Part shown: positions 11,350 to 22,015 of the stretch, piece after piece
Layout: each line of letters starts with the position of its first letter
Numbering within the stretch: the stretch's first letter is position 1
Assembly (NCBI GenBank): GCA_963750165.1
Contig: CAVVPN010000004.1
Span: 1,152,001 to 1,216,000, forward strand
Reading direction: 5' to 3'
Origin: an uncultured Gemmataceae bacterium
GTDB lineage: Bacteria; Planctomycetota; Planctomycetia; Gemmatales; Gemmataceae
DNA length: 64,000 nt
Notes under the pieces: model-generated
The model's database searches: none
The model's input: only the letters and a program-made list of their open reading frames with translations
Told to the model about the DNA's origin: nothing
Position numbers and translations under genes: made by a program

Positions 11350-11892
11350 CTACGAGTGGGCCAGTTCCAATTGCCGGCCGCGTTCCTCGAACACTGACAA
11401 CTCTCGTCTTGTAATTCGGGACTCATCAGCCACGGCCCACTCTTCGCTCTTCCGAAACGATGCGTACCACGAATAACCCTCTGCGCCCGACAGGTAGAGC
11501 ATCAAGCTGCCGATCTTGTTGGTCGCCGTGTTCCCGCTGTACCAAATGAAAGCGGCAGATTCCGAAAACCGGTCGATCGGCTGCGCGAGCCACGGGCGAC
11601 CCGGCTGGCGAATGTGGAGCGGCTTTTGCAACTCAACGCTATCCCACACCGAGGTCTCCGCATTCCAGACGAAGTGCTTTTCCGAAAGGACGCGGTTGGG
11701 CGTGAATGTGGGAACCCGTAGTTCCTCGTCCTTCCTGCTCCACCAGCCGAGCCACTTGTGATCGAACCAGTTATCGACATGCACAAGGAAGACTTCGCGC
11801 ATTCGCAGTTCGGCGACGGCACCGTTCATGAGCCGCTGGGCCAGCGCCAGGAATGTCACGTCGTCATGCTCTGTCGGAACAAGCTCGATCAC
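11350..11892 (-). CDS. Hypothetical cassette protein
   Basis: Fills cassette; start codon uncertain. Confidence 0.65.
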   Translation of the reverse strand: MIELVPTEHDDVTFLALAQRLMNGAVAELRMREVFLVHVDNWFDHKWLGWWSRKDEELRVPTFTPNRVLSEKHFVWNAETSVWDSVELQKPLHIRQPGRPWLAQPIDRFSESAAFIWYSGNTATNKIGSLMLYLSGAEGYSWYASFRKSEEWAVADESRITRRELSVFEERGRQLELAHS

Positions 11893-12071
11893 CGCATCAC
11901 CTCGATAGGTAGCCACGAGAACCTTGCCGGCGAACAACCCAGCTCTGCTGCGGGCCACTGGACTGGGCGTGCCTACTTGCCCTCGGTCGGCCCGTCAGCA
12001 GCAGCGGCCGGTTCGAGAAAGTTCTCTCTTGCCTTCGATCCTGCTTCCTCGGCCACTCTCTGGCGCTCAGC

Positions 12072-12830
12072 TTACTCCTTGCCGAGTAGCAAGTCCACCG
12101 CCCAGCAGCCACGGACGTGCGGGCCGGGGTCGCGGCAGTGGCCGAGGATGGCGGCGTCGGCGCAGCCGGCTTCTTCCAGGGCGCCGGCCAAGAGAGCGAG
12201 GTTGGTAGGGTTGAGGGTGCCATCAGGCAGGGACCGCTCGGCATAAGCCTTCTCGGCCAGCGACCGAACTCGCGCATTTACCCAGCCGGGGTCAAGGCAA
12301 CTGCGGCGAAACGGATTGCCTCGAACGTCTTGCAACAGCCCGCACTGCGCGCGCCATTCCTCGCCAAGGTAGTCGGTGGGGAATTCCTCGACGTTGGCGA
12401 ATTCCTCCACGGTCGGGGGGCCGGGGCAAGCAAGCCGGGCCGCTTCGTCGCGGGCGAGGGCGGCGCAGCCGGAGCAAGTGTCTTCGTCCGGGGCTTCCAG
12501 ATTACAGCAGTTGGCAATCGCGCAACAGTAATGATCAAAGAGGAGGTATCGATCTTCCTCTACCTCTGCCCCCTCCTCAGGGTCGTCAAGCACCGCCATC
12601 GAGGCCTCGTCTGCGGATGTCAGTTCGTCATCGGTCGCGAGCCCATCGGCATGCCTCTCGGCAACCTCGATAGCTGCTCTGGCCTCTGGGTAGAGCGACT
12701 GCCAGATACGCCGACAACAGGCACAGCAGAATAACCGGCCTTTGCGCACCGAAAGGGTTGCACCTTGCGCACGCAAGCATGCAAACATCTGCTCCGGCAC
12801 GGTACACGTCAGCCATTCCGCCTCGGTCAT
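12072..12830 (-). CDS. Gemmataceae-type expanded-family protein (MTEAEWL...HCRxPGPHVRGCW)
   Basis: Shares N- and C-terminal motifs with 25875-26627 and 39544-40227. Confidence 0.85.
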   Translation of the reverse strand: MTEAEWLTCTVPEQMFACLRAQGATLSVRKGRLFCCACCRRIWQSLYPEARAAIEVAERHADGLATDDELTSADEASMAVLDDPEEGAEVEEDRYLLFDHYCCAIANCCNLEAPDEDTCSGCAALARDEAARLACPGPPTVEEFANVEEFPTDYLGEEWRAQCGLLQDVRGNPFRRSCLDPGWVNARVRSLAEKAYAERSLPDGTLNPTNLALLAGALEEAGCADAAILGHCRDPGPHVRGCWAVDLLLGKE

Positions 12831-13091
12831 GCGCCCGCCCTCCGGTACTTCGCCTGTGCCCCCTACGTAATTATGGCGGTGAAATCTGCCAAAATGAGTG
12901 CCGGAATTCGCAACCGATTCCGGCCTCGAAGGGCACTTCTCCCGACCGGACCGCGCCAATACGCCGCCATCACCACCGTGCATCCTGCCCGAACGAAATA
13001 GCTCAGCAGCGGACCGGCCTCGCGCGACGTTGACCCACGAGAAGCCGTAACGGCCGGTCCGTCTGCTGCAGCGACTGGTTCGGCGCTCGCC

Positions 13092-13610
13092 TCACGGGTT
13101 CGCGTCGTCAGACTTCCCAAGCGCGGGGTCCAGCTCCGTTGCCTTCTGCCGATCCGCCTGGGCCTGTGCGGCATCGCCCTTCTTGGCGTAGACCCAGCCT
13201 CGCGCGCGATACGCTCGTGCGTAGGCTGGGTTGAGGCGAATCGCTTCCCCGAAGTCCGTCAGCGCCCGGTCATAATCCCCCGCCCGGGAGTAGGCCACGC
13301 CCCGGTCATACGGGGTGCGGGCGTCGGTCGGGTCGAGCCGAATCGCCTCACTGAAGTCCGCAATGGCTCGGTCCAACTCCCCCTGATTAAAGTGGGCCAC
13401 TCCCCGTCCGTGGTAGGCCGGCGCATACTCCGCGTCGATCTCGATGGCCCGGTTGAAGGAGTCGATCGCCTGGGTGTAATCCTTGCTGTTAACCAAGGCC
13501 CTCCCGCGCTGGGTGAGGGCTTCCGGCGCCCGGCGATCGACGTAGAAGATCGCGATCGCTCCTAGAAGGAGGATCCCAACCAGTACCCAGCGCCAAGGAA
13601 ACCGCCTCAT
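13092..13610 (-). CDS. Membrane-anchored TPR protein
   Basis: N-terminal TM segment and four TPR units (AIADFSEAIRLDP). Confidence 0.9.
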   Translation of the reverse strand: MRRFPWRWVLVGILLLGAIAIFYVDRRAPEALTQRGRALVNSKDYTQAIDSFNRAIEIDAEYAPAYHGRGVAHFNQGELDRAIADFSEAIRLDPTDARTPYDRGVAYSRAGDYDRALTDFGEAIRLNPAYARAYRARGWVYAKKGDAAQAQADRQKATELDPALGKSDDANP

Positions 13611-13782
13611 TGGGACCACGCTCTCGCGACTGTCCGCCGAACGCCATAGCTCAGCAGCCGGCCCCCTGAGTGACCTGCAAATCTCTTGCACCTCAAGGGG
13701 GGCCGGTCTGCTGCAGCGGTTGGTTCGAGATTGTAACCTACGATTTCCGCTTTTCTTGTCTTTTGTCAACCTAAAAAACGAG

Positions 13783-14397
13783 CTAGGTCCCCTTTGATTT
13801 CTCAATACCAGCTGCGTCACCTTTGTTTTTTGCGGCTTCGTGGCCCTTGTTCAATTCGACTCCCGACCCCTTTTGTCTTGCTCCCGCTTCGTCCCCCTTC
13901 CGCGCGTTTGCCATGCGCTCCCGCAGGAACTGGTGGATCTCGTCGAAGGCAACCCGCGACGGTAACAGGTAGGACCGAATAGTTACCAGGCCGCCGGAAT
14001 GGCAGACGTGCAAGTCGCGGAAGTGTCGGATCTGGTGGAGTTCAATTTTGGTAATCGACCCGAATGGCACAGCCAACTCGTCGGCAGACCAGCGCGACCG
14101 GGGCACGAGCAGCGCCGTGCGCGTGAAGGCGATGCGCTGAGAACGCATCAACCGGTGGACGGCGAGACTGCCAACGAAGACGAAAAAGCAACCGAAGAAG
14201 GCGGCGAGTACCCAGAAGAATATGGCCGCCCCGCGCGGCGACAACTCGATAATGGGGGCGGGGTGGCCGATGATGAGTCCGCCTCGATTGGTCAAGGCGA
14301 ACAGCACGCACGCCAGGAGCAGCATCCCGAAGAAGAATCCTCCCCCGAGGATGAGTCTCCACCTTGCCCGGTAAGGGACTTCCCATACGTCTGCCAT
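13783..14397 (-). CDS. Two-TM membrane protein; C-terminal tail encoded by stacked REP-like units
   Basis: Two hydrophobic segments, then tail KGDEA..KGSGV..KGHEA..KGDAA..KGT. Confidence 0.7.
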   Translation of the reverse strand: MADVWEVPYRARWRLILGGGFFFGMLLLACVLFALTNRGGLIIGHPAPIIELSPRGAAIFFWVLAAFFGCFFVFVGSLAVHRLMRSQRIAFTRTALLVPRSRWSADELAVPFGSITKIELHQIRHFRDLHVCHSGGLVTIRSYLLPSRVAFDEIHQFLRERMANARKGDEAGARQKGSGVELNKGHEAAKNKGDAAGIEKSKGT

Positions 14398-14628
14398 CCG
14401 AGTCTCCCGTCAGCAGCCGAGACCCACCAAAGTATCAGGAACCATTTTCACCCAAACGGACCGGAAACGGCTCCTGACACCCGCCCGCTCATCTCGCCGC
14501 CGAACGATAAGGATAAGCTGCCGGGGCCGCCTGCAATACCTAGATACCGCGCGAAACCAGGATGGCGGCCCCGGTCAGCTTCATCCGTTGGTTCGCCGAC
14601 GGCCCTCTCGCACCCGCCGCCGCGCCGC

Positions 14629-16541
14629 TCATTTTCGCTTCTTCAAGGATGCGCAATAGCTGTCATACGCGGTTCGAACATCAGAATCCGACAAAGTCAC
14701 CGTTGCCGACTGGAGGGGCTCAGTGCCCGTTTTTTTGAGCCATTTCAGACACTTGTCAACATTGCTAATTCTACTGTGCTACTTTCCTCTTTTCGGTCGG
14801 CCGCGCGGCCGCGGCCGACGCGGCGGGAACTGCCCGGTCGCGTTGTGCCAGTGGTAGATGCGTGCCTCCTCGTTACGCCGCAGCACTTGGCTCACCATCT
14901 CCGCGATCCCGGGCCGCGCTGGGGCGCGGCTCGCCGCAGCAGTTCCGTGAAGATCTGCCGCACCTGCGGCACCGTCACCGGCGGCGTTTTTTCCCCCCAA
15001 CCGCAGCTTCTCGGTCTGCAAGAACCACAGGGCCAACAGCGACAGCGTCATGTGGTGGTGCCAGCCCGCCCAGCTGCGCACCTCGTAGTGGCTCAGGCCC
15101 ACCTCCGCCCTTGCCTCCGCCAATAACTCCTCGACCCCGTGCCGCGCCCCGTGTACCCGCACCACCTCGCCCGCGGCGCGTCCGGTGCGGCGTTGCTCAG
15201 CGTGTACCACGTCTGCGGCTTCGTCTCGCAACTCTTGCGGATCGCCAGACGTTCGCGTGGCCCCACGCAGCCGTCCTCGTCCTTGGTCTGCACCGCCGCC
15301 AACAGCACCTTGCACCCCCTGCGGCCCCTTGTCTCCGTCGCGCAGCTTCACCTTGCGCCACCGCCCCGCCGGCTGCCGCGCCGCCCACCTCGACCCGCTC
15401 GAACGCCGGCAACCGCTGCCGGCCGCCGGCCCGCGCCGGCGGTCGACCGCTCGGCCAGGTCGCGCACCAGGGTGTTGCAGGGCACGTCCAGCACGTACGC
15501 TGCCGCCGCTGCCGCAGGGCCGCCCGCAGTTCCGTGCAGCGGCCGAACTCGTCGTCGCCGGCCACCCAGCCGCCCGGCAAGTCGGCCGGGCGCGGTCGAA
15601 GCAACTCCAGGCCGATCCGCCAGCTTCTCTGCGAAGGCCACCGTCCTCGGGCACATAGCGTCGGCGGCGGTGGCGGCCGGGTCGTCGGCCCAGTCCTGGT
15701 CCAGGTAGAGGCTGGGCGTCGAGCAGGGTCTGGCCGCGCGGGGCGACGTAGGCCAGGAAGACGCCGACCTGACAGTTCTCGATCTTGCCCAGGCGGCCGC
15801 ACCACTGGCGGGCCACGCCGCACGAGGCCTCCCCCTTCTTGGGGAACGCCGAGGGGTCCAGGACCAAGACGGCGTCGGGGTCGGCCAATTCCTCGGCGAC
15901 GTGGCGGCGGAGTTCGTCCAGGACGGCCTGGTCGTCCCAGCCGCCGGCGCCGACGAAGAGCTGCAGGGGGCGGCGTTCGGCCGGCCTGGGTGGCGATGGG
16001 CTCGGTGGTCTTGCGCTGCAGGCCGGTGAGCTTGCCGCGCAGCATGGTCAGGGCGTGGCCGCGCTGCTCCTCGCGGTAGAACCGGGGAGGTAGCGCTGGA
16101 CGAAGGCGGTCAACTGGTCCGCGCAGGAGCGGACGGCGGCAGCGGAGAGTTCGGCGTCGTTCAGCAGGGCCTGCGCGTCGGGGTGGTCGAGGATGTCCAT
16201 GGCGGCCTCCAGAAAGATACCGCCGTTCAGTGTAGCCACCGCGTCAGCTGCCGGCTAGAATCATGTTGCACAGTAGAACTAAACAAGCCACCCTTCCCCC
16301 CAAGAGCCTTCCTTACTGCGCGCGACCGATTACGAGCCAAAAGATATCGGTCATTCTTCACTTGGACGATGCCACAGTCAACGAGCCTGGAGAACGCCCG
16401 CGATAGCTCTCCGGCCGTTGGGATCGCATGGTTGATCACGTCGGCGGCACCAATGATCTCGGCGAGCGTCGCCCCGCCCCTTTTGTGCATGAGCGACGTG
16501 ACCGTTAGGATCCAGGCATCATTCCAGGCCCATTGCGACAT
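14629..16541 (-). pseudogene. IS-disrupted duplicate of cassette gene 30133-30531
   Basis: Flanks of the IS match 30009-30550 apart from one substitution seen at 16501 vs 30491. Confidence 0.9.
14769..16278 (-). mobile_element. IS701-family insertion sequence, multiply frameshifted transposase
   Basis: Motif VLVLDPSAFPKKGEASCGVARQWCGRLGKIENCQVGVFLAY. IR TTCTACTGTGC(T/A)AC. TSD CTAA (14765-14768 / 16279-16282). The empty site is visible near 30269. Confidence 0.95.
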
Positions 16542-16649
16542 AGTTTGTTTAGTTGGCGAACGCCACAGCTCAGCAGCCGGCGGCCCCGGAAGACGTTGAA
16601 CCGCGCGAAACCGTATGGGCCGCCGGTCTGCTGTAGCACGTGGTTCGGC

Positions 16650-16952
16650 CTAGCTCACCTTCTGCCAGAGTATCGTGGCGTTGGGCTTGTCGCCCTCGTC
16701 CCGGACCACCACCTTCAGCCAGTGCCAGGCGAGGTTGCCGATCGCCACCTCCACGTAGTACACCCGACCGCCGGGCTCGCCCTTGTTCCGGACCTCGTTC
16801 TCGGCCGGCTCTTCCAACGACGAGCGGACGATCAACACGGCCGGGGAAGCCATGCGCCCTCGTTTGATTTGCTGCATCCGGGCGTGAACGAACTCGTAGT
16901 TGGCGGCCTTCATGCTGGCCGGGGTCTTGACCCCGGGAATATCGGTATACAA
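16650..16952 (-). pseudogene. 5'-truncated cassette gene
   Basis: The open frame runs directly into palindrome copy 2, and there is no cassette 5' end. Confidence 0.5.
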
Positions 16953-17022
16953 ATAAGAAAAGGGGTCGGGAGTCGATATTACGAATCTGAAAAACGTGTT
17001 ATCGACTCCCGACCCCTTTTCT
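16953..17022. repeat. 70-bp palindrome, copy 2
   Basis: Identical to 5916-5985; next to a half attC. Confidence 0.92.
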
Positions 17023-17044
17023 GTTCTTTTCTGTTCCAGAAAGC

Positions 17045-17409
17045 CTACATGCCCCCGCCGTCTGCTGCAGCGTCTGGTTCGGCCTCTGGTGCCTTCTCCT
17101 CCAGCCACGGCCAATCTTCTGGGAACGGCTGGCCCGGCGCGAAGCGCTCGTGACTGACGGTGGAGTAGATCCGCAGCCGCCGATCTTGGCCGGACTCATC
17201 GTACCCGGCGCGGGCCAGGGCTTGGTCGAAGTACCCCCACATCATCCCGGGGTGGTAAAGGATGTCCAGCCCCTCATCAAGAAATCGCGTGATGACCGCC
17301 GCAATCACGTCCCGGTCCTCGCCCGCGGCCCGGAGGGCGGCGGACGTCCGCTCGACGAGAGACCCCATCCGGCGGCGGACGTCGGCTTGCCCTTCCTCTT
17401 CCTCCACGT
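17045..17409 (-). CDS. Hypothetical cassette protein
   Basis: Fills cassette and reads into its truncated attC; start uncertain. Confidence 0.5.
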
Positions 17410-17611
17410 TCAAGCCCGAAGCCCTCCGGTGGCCGAACGCCATAGCTCACGTGCGGGCCGAGTGGACTGGGCGTGTCCGTGTAGACTGCGATGGCCCGTC
17501 ACGTGCAGCGGTTGGTTCGGGCTGGTCTTCACTCGGCTTCGACCCCTTCATCCACTGCAGTGCGACCTCGGCCGCAACTCTCCCGCCCCAATCCCGAGCC
17601 CCAAGCCGCGC

Positions 17612-18094
17612 TCAGGTTAGTTCTCGAGGCCGCCGTTTGCTGTTGTGTACCTCCAAGCCGCAAGGAGAGCCGTACACAGACAGCAACTTCTCCACGTCCC
17701 GTATGTGCCACGAATGGTCGTCGGTCGGATCAGCCACAAACGTTCTGACCAGATATTCGCCCCCAACCGTAAGGGTCAGGTCGTTCGAGCGCTCGTCAAG
17801 TTCGATGGCTGTAACTGGTAGCCCAATTAGGGATTTCAGCGGTACTCCGACTCGGTCCAACTCTTCTTTGGTTGCTCCCGCCTCACCTGTTCCTTGAGCC
17901 TGGCGAGAGCCGACCAACACACCCTTGAACGAGGACATATGCCAGGTGGGCTCGAACCAGACGGCAAACCCGCGTTCGTCGCTGGGCTGGCCATCAATGT
18001 AGAGGATCAGGGAGTTTGCTGCCAACCGCGTGAACGTGATACGGCGCCCTATCAGCGCCTGGCGAAACTCCTTAAACAGTTTGTGTGCATCCAT
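17612..18094 (-). CDS. Hypothetical cassette protein
   Basis: GAGGAGG RBS right after the cassette boundary. Confidence 0.75.
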   Translation of the reverse strand: MDAHKLFKEFRQALIGRRITFTRLAANSLILYIDGQPSDERGFAVWFEPTWHMSSFKGVLVGSRQAQGTGEAGATKEELDRVGVPLKSLIGLPVTAIELDERSNDLTLTVGGEYLVRTFVADPTDDHSWHIRDVEKLLSVYGSPCGLEVHNSKRRPRELT

Positions 18095-18298
18095 CGACCC
18101 TCCTCGGGTGACCGAACAACATAGTTCACGTGCGGGCCGCTCGACTTAATGTGTCCGTGCAGACTCAGTTGGCCCGTCACGTGCAACGCCTGGTTCGGAC
18201 GGTTCTCTCTCGACTCTGACCCTTCCGCTCAGACCCAGTTAAGACCTCGGTGGCAACCGACTAATTCGAGTTCCGCTGCCAGAGTGGCTCACCCGAAC

Positions 18299-18661
18299 TC
18301 AAGCTAGCCCATCTGTAGTAGAGCTTGGCTCGGCACCTGCCTTTCTCCCCTTTCGGATGCACCACTTCAATTTGGCAACTACCTGCGGGGAGAGTTCCGC
18401 CTCGGGCACGACCTCGCCCGTTCCGGTGAGCATCTCCACCTCGCCAAGGCGGTTCAAGCGCAGGGCATAATCCCCATTGCACCGGGCGAGCTGATGCCGA
18501 GTGGACCGCCAGGCCACGAGGAACGGCCCTTTCCGGAAAAATGCCAGGGCGAGGCACGAACAACTCGGGGCGTAGAGACATTCCCTGCGGAAGAACCCCC
18601 GGCCGAGCAACTGGTAAAGCCGGATGCACATGACGGCGGCCCAGCATGCGACTCTATCCAT
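18299..18661 (-). CDS. YidD-like (membrane insertion factor / haemolytic-domain-like) protein
   Basis: IRLYQ...CLYAPSCS...LARCN matches the YidD Cys pattern. Confidence 0.6.
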   Translation of the reverse strand: MDRVACWAAVMCIRLYQLLGRGFFRRECLYAPSCSCLALAFFRKGPFLVAWRSTRHQLARCNGDYALRLNRLGEVEMLTGTGEVVPEAELSPQVVAKLKWCIRKGRKAGAEPSSTTDGLA

Positions 18662-18941
18662 GGCCTCTGACCCACTGCACGGCGGTCCCCCAGGCGAACA
18701 CCTCGAACACCTGCTTCGCGGTGCCGCAGCCCTGTGCGCTAGCCACGCGACTCTGAAAGCTCACGAACAAGAGCCCGTCGGCGTCGAGAGCGCTGGCGCC
18801 TTCCTCCAGCCGTTCGAGCGCTTTGCGGTAGACGGACTCCACCTTGATCGTCCCCTGGCAGCCCTCCGTTTTGCTCGCGAACCCCACGACGAGATCGAGA
18901 ACCTTGAACGGGCGACCTGCATCGCCTGAGCTTACGAGCAA
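18654..18941 (-). CDS. Small YbjQ-like protein
   Basis: ALERLEEGASALDADGLLFVSF...VFAWGTAV resembles the YbjQ family; overlaps the next gene. Confidence 0.5.
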   Translation of the reverse strand: MLVSSGDAGRPFKVLDLVVGFASKTEGCQGTIKVESVYRKALERLEEGASALDADGLLFVSFQSRVASAQGCGTAKQVFEVFAWGTAVQWVRGHG

Positions 18942-19146
18942 CGAGCACCTCCCTCGCGAGTCCGAACAACAAAGCTCTGCGGCGGGCCGCTCGACCTGGG
19001 CGTATTCTACTAACCTCAGATGGCCCGTCCGCAGCAGCGCCTGGTTCGGGTCGGTTTCTTCTCGACTTCGACCCTGATTTCTCAGCCCGGTTGCGACCAC
19101 GGCGGTGGTGCTGAAGACTTGGCCTCGGCCCGCCCAACTCGGCCTC

Positions 19147-19647
19147 CTACCCGCGAAACAACCGCGCCACCATCTCTCGCAACCCCGCAGACTGAACTCC
19201 GCTCAGGTCAGACCACACAGCCGGGGGCTCGGGCAACCGCAACAACTCTCGGCCCGTGTCCGCAAACGCCCACTCGCAGGACCAACTCGCCGCCCCGATG
19301 ACCCATGCCACTCTGGACCGGGGTCTGAGCCACGGCTCGAACGCCTCCGGGCCGAACGGGAAGTGGGACGCAATGGTTTGGATGCCCTCGACAATTCCGA
19401 TTGTGGTGACTTCCCGTGCCTGCTCGTCCCCTTCTGCCAGGCACTTCTCGAGCGCCGCGAAGGCGGCAGGGAACTCGGCGTGGTCCCCCGCCGCGTACCG
19501 CTCCACCAGGAAATCCGCGATGACCGCCGTGTCGTTGTAGACGCCGCGGTCGGTGTGGCCCTCCCAGGAGGTCAAGTACTCCGCCCAGGGGGCGGACAGC
19601 CCGGGGCAAGCAGCGAGGAATGCAGGGACGATGTCATCGGCGGTCAT
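19147..19647 (-). CDS. Hypothetical cassette protein
   Basis: Fills cassette. Confidence 0.7.
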   Translation of the reverse strand: MTADDIVPAFLAACPGLSAPWAEYLTSWEGHTDRGVYNDTAVIADFLVERYAAGDHAEFPAAFAALEKCLAEGDEQAREVTTIGIVEGIQTIASHFPFGPEAFEPWLRPRSRVAWVIGAASWSCEWAFADTGRELLRLPEPPAVWSDLSGVQSAGLREMVARLFRG

Positions 19648-19906
19648 GCGTCAGCGCCCGGCGGCCGAACAACGGATAAGGCGCGGCTTTCTCATACACC
19701 CACTGCCGGAGTCACTTGGACGTGGGCGGTTGGGGCGCCCTCCGGCGCGTCCGAACGACCCAGTTCACGTGCGGGCCACTCGACTCAATGTTTTCCGATT
19801 GACCTCAGATGGCCCGTCACGTGCAACACCTGGTTCGGCTGGTCTCACCCGCCTGATGTCGAATCGAGTTGCTTCCTCTTTTCTTTCCCTTTTCTTTCCC
19901 GGATCG

Positions 19907-20245
19907 CTATTTGTGCCCCTTGGAATGAGCCTGCATAGCCGCCTCGCGCGAGAACCCTTCGGCCCGAGACCCTCGCAGCGTCACGACGATGTGGCCCTTC
20001 ATGAAGCTCATGTGCGGCAAGCAGAAGTACTCGAAGCCAATCGCGTCGCTGGCCTGGCTGAACTCCACGGGGTCCGACGTTTCATTCTGACCGAGTAACT
20101 GGGTCATGAACGCCGGCGCGTCGTTGCGCTGGGCGTTGTGCATTGCCGGGTCGAGGTTCTGCCACTGGATCGAGTCACCGACCGCTATCACGACCGTCTC
20201 GGGCACGAACGCGAAACCCTGCATCTTCACGACGACGGTGGCCAT
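19907..20245 (-). CDS. Plastocyanin/amicyanin-like cupredoxin
   Basis: FVPETVVIAVGDSIQWQN..MHN and YFCLPHMSFMKG give the His/Cys/His/Met ligands. Confidence 0.88.
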   Translation of the reverse strand: MATVVVKMQGFAFVPETVVIAVGDSIQWQNLDPAMHNAQRNDAPAFMTQLLGQNETSDPVEFSQASDAIGFEYFCLPHMSFMKGHIVVTLRGSRAEGFSREAAMQAHSKGHK

Positions 20246-20409
20246 GCCACTCCCTCCATAATCAGGAAACATCAACCTTTGGCTTCATTTCGCCGAACGA
20301 ACCAGTTAAGCTGCCGGGCCGGCTGCCACGACTTCAATCCGCGAGAGACCGTGGTGCCGGCCCGGTCAGCTTCAACGCTGGATTCGGCTGGCCTATCTTA
20401 ATCCCCATT

Positions 20410-21372
20410 TCAAGGCTGGTAGGAAAATTGTGGAAGGATGCCCGCCTTGATCAATGCGACCCCGGCTGTGCGTAACTGGAACATCGTCGAAAAAATGACG
20501 GATTTGATATCAAATCCGCTCGTCCAGCAGTCTTGCAACTGTTTGAGCACGGCTGTCAACGCCTGGATGAACGCGGTCTGGTCAGCTCCCGGCACAGCTT
20601 GGAAGGGAAACACCGTTGGCATCTGGATGGGGTGCGCGTCAGAATACTGGAACCCACCTCCTTGAACCGGAACCAGTTGTTTACCGAAGTAGATTGTGCT
20701 GAAGGCATAGTAGTGAGCCAACTCAGCCAGATCGACCGTCCCTTCTTCAGGAGTTCCGGAGGCGCCTTCTCCTTGGGCCTTGATGACGTTTTTCATGGCG
20801 TTGACGGCGTCCTGCACGTTAGTGATGGCCGTCAGGGAATCTCTATCCACCGACGCCGTAACCTGATGGGCCGGTGGGCTTGGAAACTGGCCCGTTGGAA
20901 ATAGTGCAACGAATGCGTCGGCAATCTTGTCGTAAAACTCTCCAATGGTCGGCGGTTGAGGGCCTGGGGGTGGCGGCGGCTGCGGAATGATGCTGCCATT
21001 TTCCGGGTATTCAATCTGAAGAAAGGTACCAAGCGAAGGCAATCCCAATGGCAACAGATCAACCACCAGACCAGGATGCACACCACCAGGCAGAGGGCCG
21101 GGATAGGTCGGAATAAAGTGAGGATTGGCAAAGTTTGGAACGCCGCCGATCGCCGTAAGCAAGTTACAGGCAAACCCAAAGTGCAGCATTTCCTGAATCA
21201 CGACACCGTGGACGATAGATCCAGCGCCACTTGGATCACTGTTGATCGACCATTCGGCGCACAAGTAAGGCGGAATGGTGGAGAACTCGAGCTGAATGGC
21301 CGTGTGCAATGCGTCCTGTAACTCCGCGACCGTGTTGATGCCGGTCGCCAGGGTGTCCCGCACGGTTCGCAT
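20410..21372 (-). CDS. Ferritin-like domain protein (VioB C-terminal-like)
   Basis: AIQLEFSTIPPYL, QEMLHFGFACNLL, QGEG and ELAHYYAF motifs. Confidence 0.85.
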   Translation of the reverse strand: MRTVRDTLATGINTVAELQDALHTAIQLEFSTIPPYLCAEWSINSDPSGAGSIVHGVVIQEMLHFGFACNLLTAIGGVPNFANPHFIPTYPGPLPGGVHPGLVVDLLPLGLPSLGTFLQIEYPENGSIIPQPPPPPGPQPPTIGEFYDKIADAFVALFPTGQFPSPPAHQVTASVDRDSLTAITNVQDAVNAMKNVIKAQGEGASGTPEEGTVDLAELAHYYAFSTIYFGKQLVPVQGGGFQYSDAHPIQMPTVFPFQAVPGADQTAFIQALTAVLKQLQDCWTSGFDIKSVIFSTMFQLRTAGVALIKAGILPQFSYQP

Positions 21373-21660
21373 GAGCGTGCTCCTTGGTTGAAGCCGAACT
21401 ACCCAGTTCATGTGCGGGCCGAGTGACCTGGGCGTGTCCATGTAGACTCAGTTGGCCCGTCACGTGCAACACCTGGTTCGGGGCTGTTAATCTTGAATGT
21501 CCCCTTTTCTTTTCCGAGAATGGTTTCTCCGTTGGCCTCCACCTCGGATTCCTGGACTTGGTGTGCGTTTGGGACTGCCACTCCTCTGACTCCCCCGCGC
21601 GCGACGGCTGCGCCCCTGCTGCCTGCGACCAAGCCAGTGCCTTCCGCGACCGCATGGGCT

Positions 21661-21981
21661 TCACGCCTGCGGGTCAGCGGTCACTGACGACACCAATTGA
21701 AACTCGCCGTCGGCGTAGGCAACCTTGATGGATCGAAAAACCTTGGGGGACACATCAAAGGTCTTCGTGTACGGATCCGAGTGATTGGGGTCATCGGCGA
21801 AAGCGGAAAAATACACCGCCGAACAATTAGGAACGTTGGGGAGCCCGATTGGGAGGTTCTGCCCGGGACTCACTCGGTTGTCCTTTGCTTGCAGGGTACC
21901 AGGGGGAGCTTCGATCGTGACTAGCACGTCGAAGACAGTTTCGTCGTTCCGGAAATCGACCTCGGTAAAGGGAACGCTCAT
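21661..21981 (-). CDS. Hypothetical cassette protein
   Basis: AAGGAG RBS; 106 aa. Confidence 0.7.
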   Translation of the reverse strand: MSVPFTEVDFRNDETVFDVLVTIEAPPGTLQAKDNRVSPGQNLPIGLPNVPNCSAVYFSAFADDPNHSDPYTKTFDVSPKVFRSIKVAYADGEFQLVSSVTADPQA

Positions 21982-22015
21982 GTGGGACTCCTTGTAAATC
22001 TCGGTATTCGCCGAA

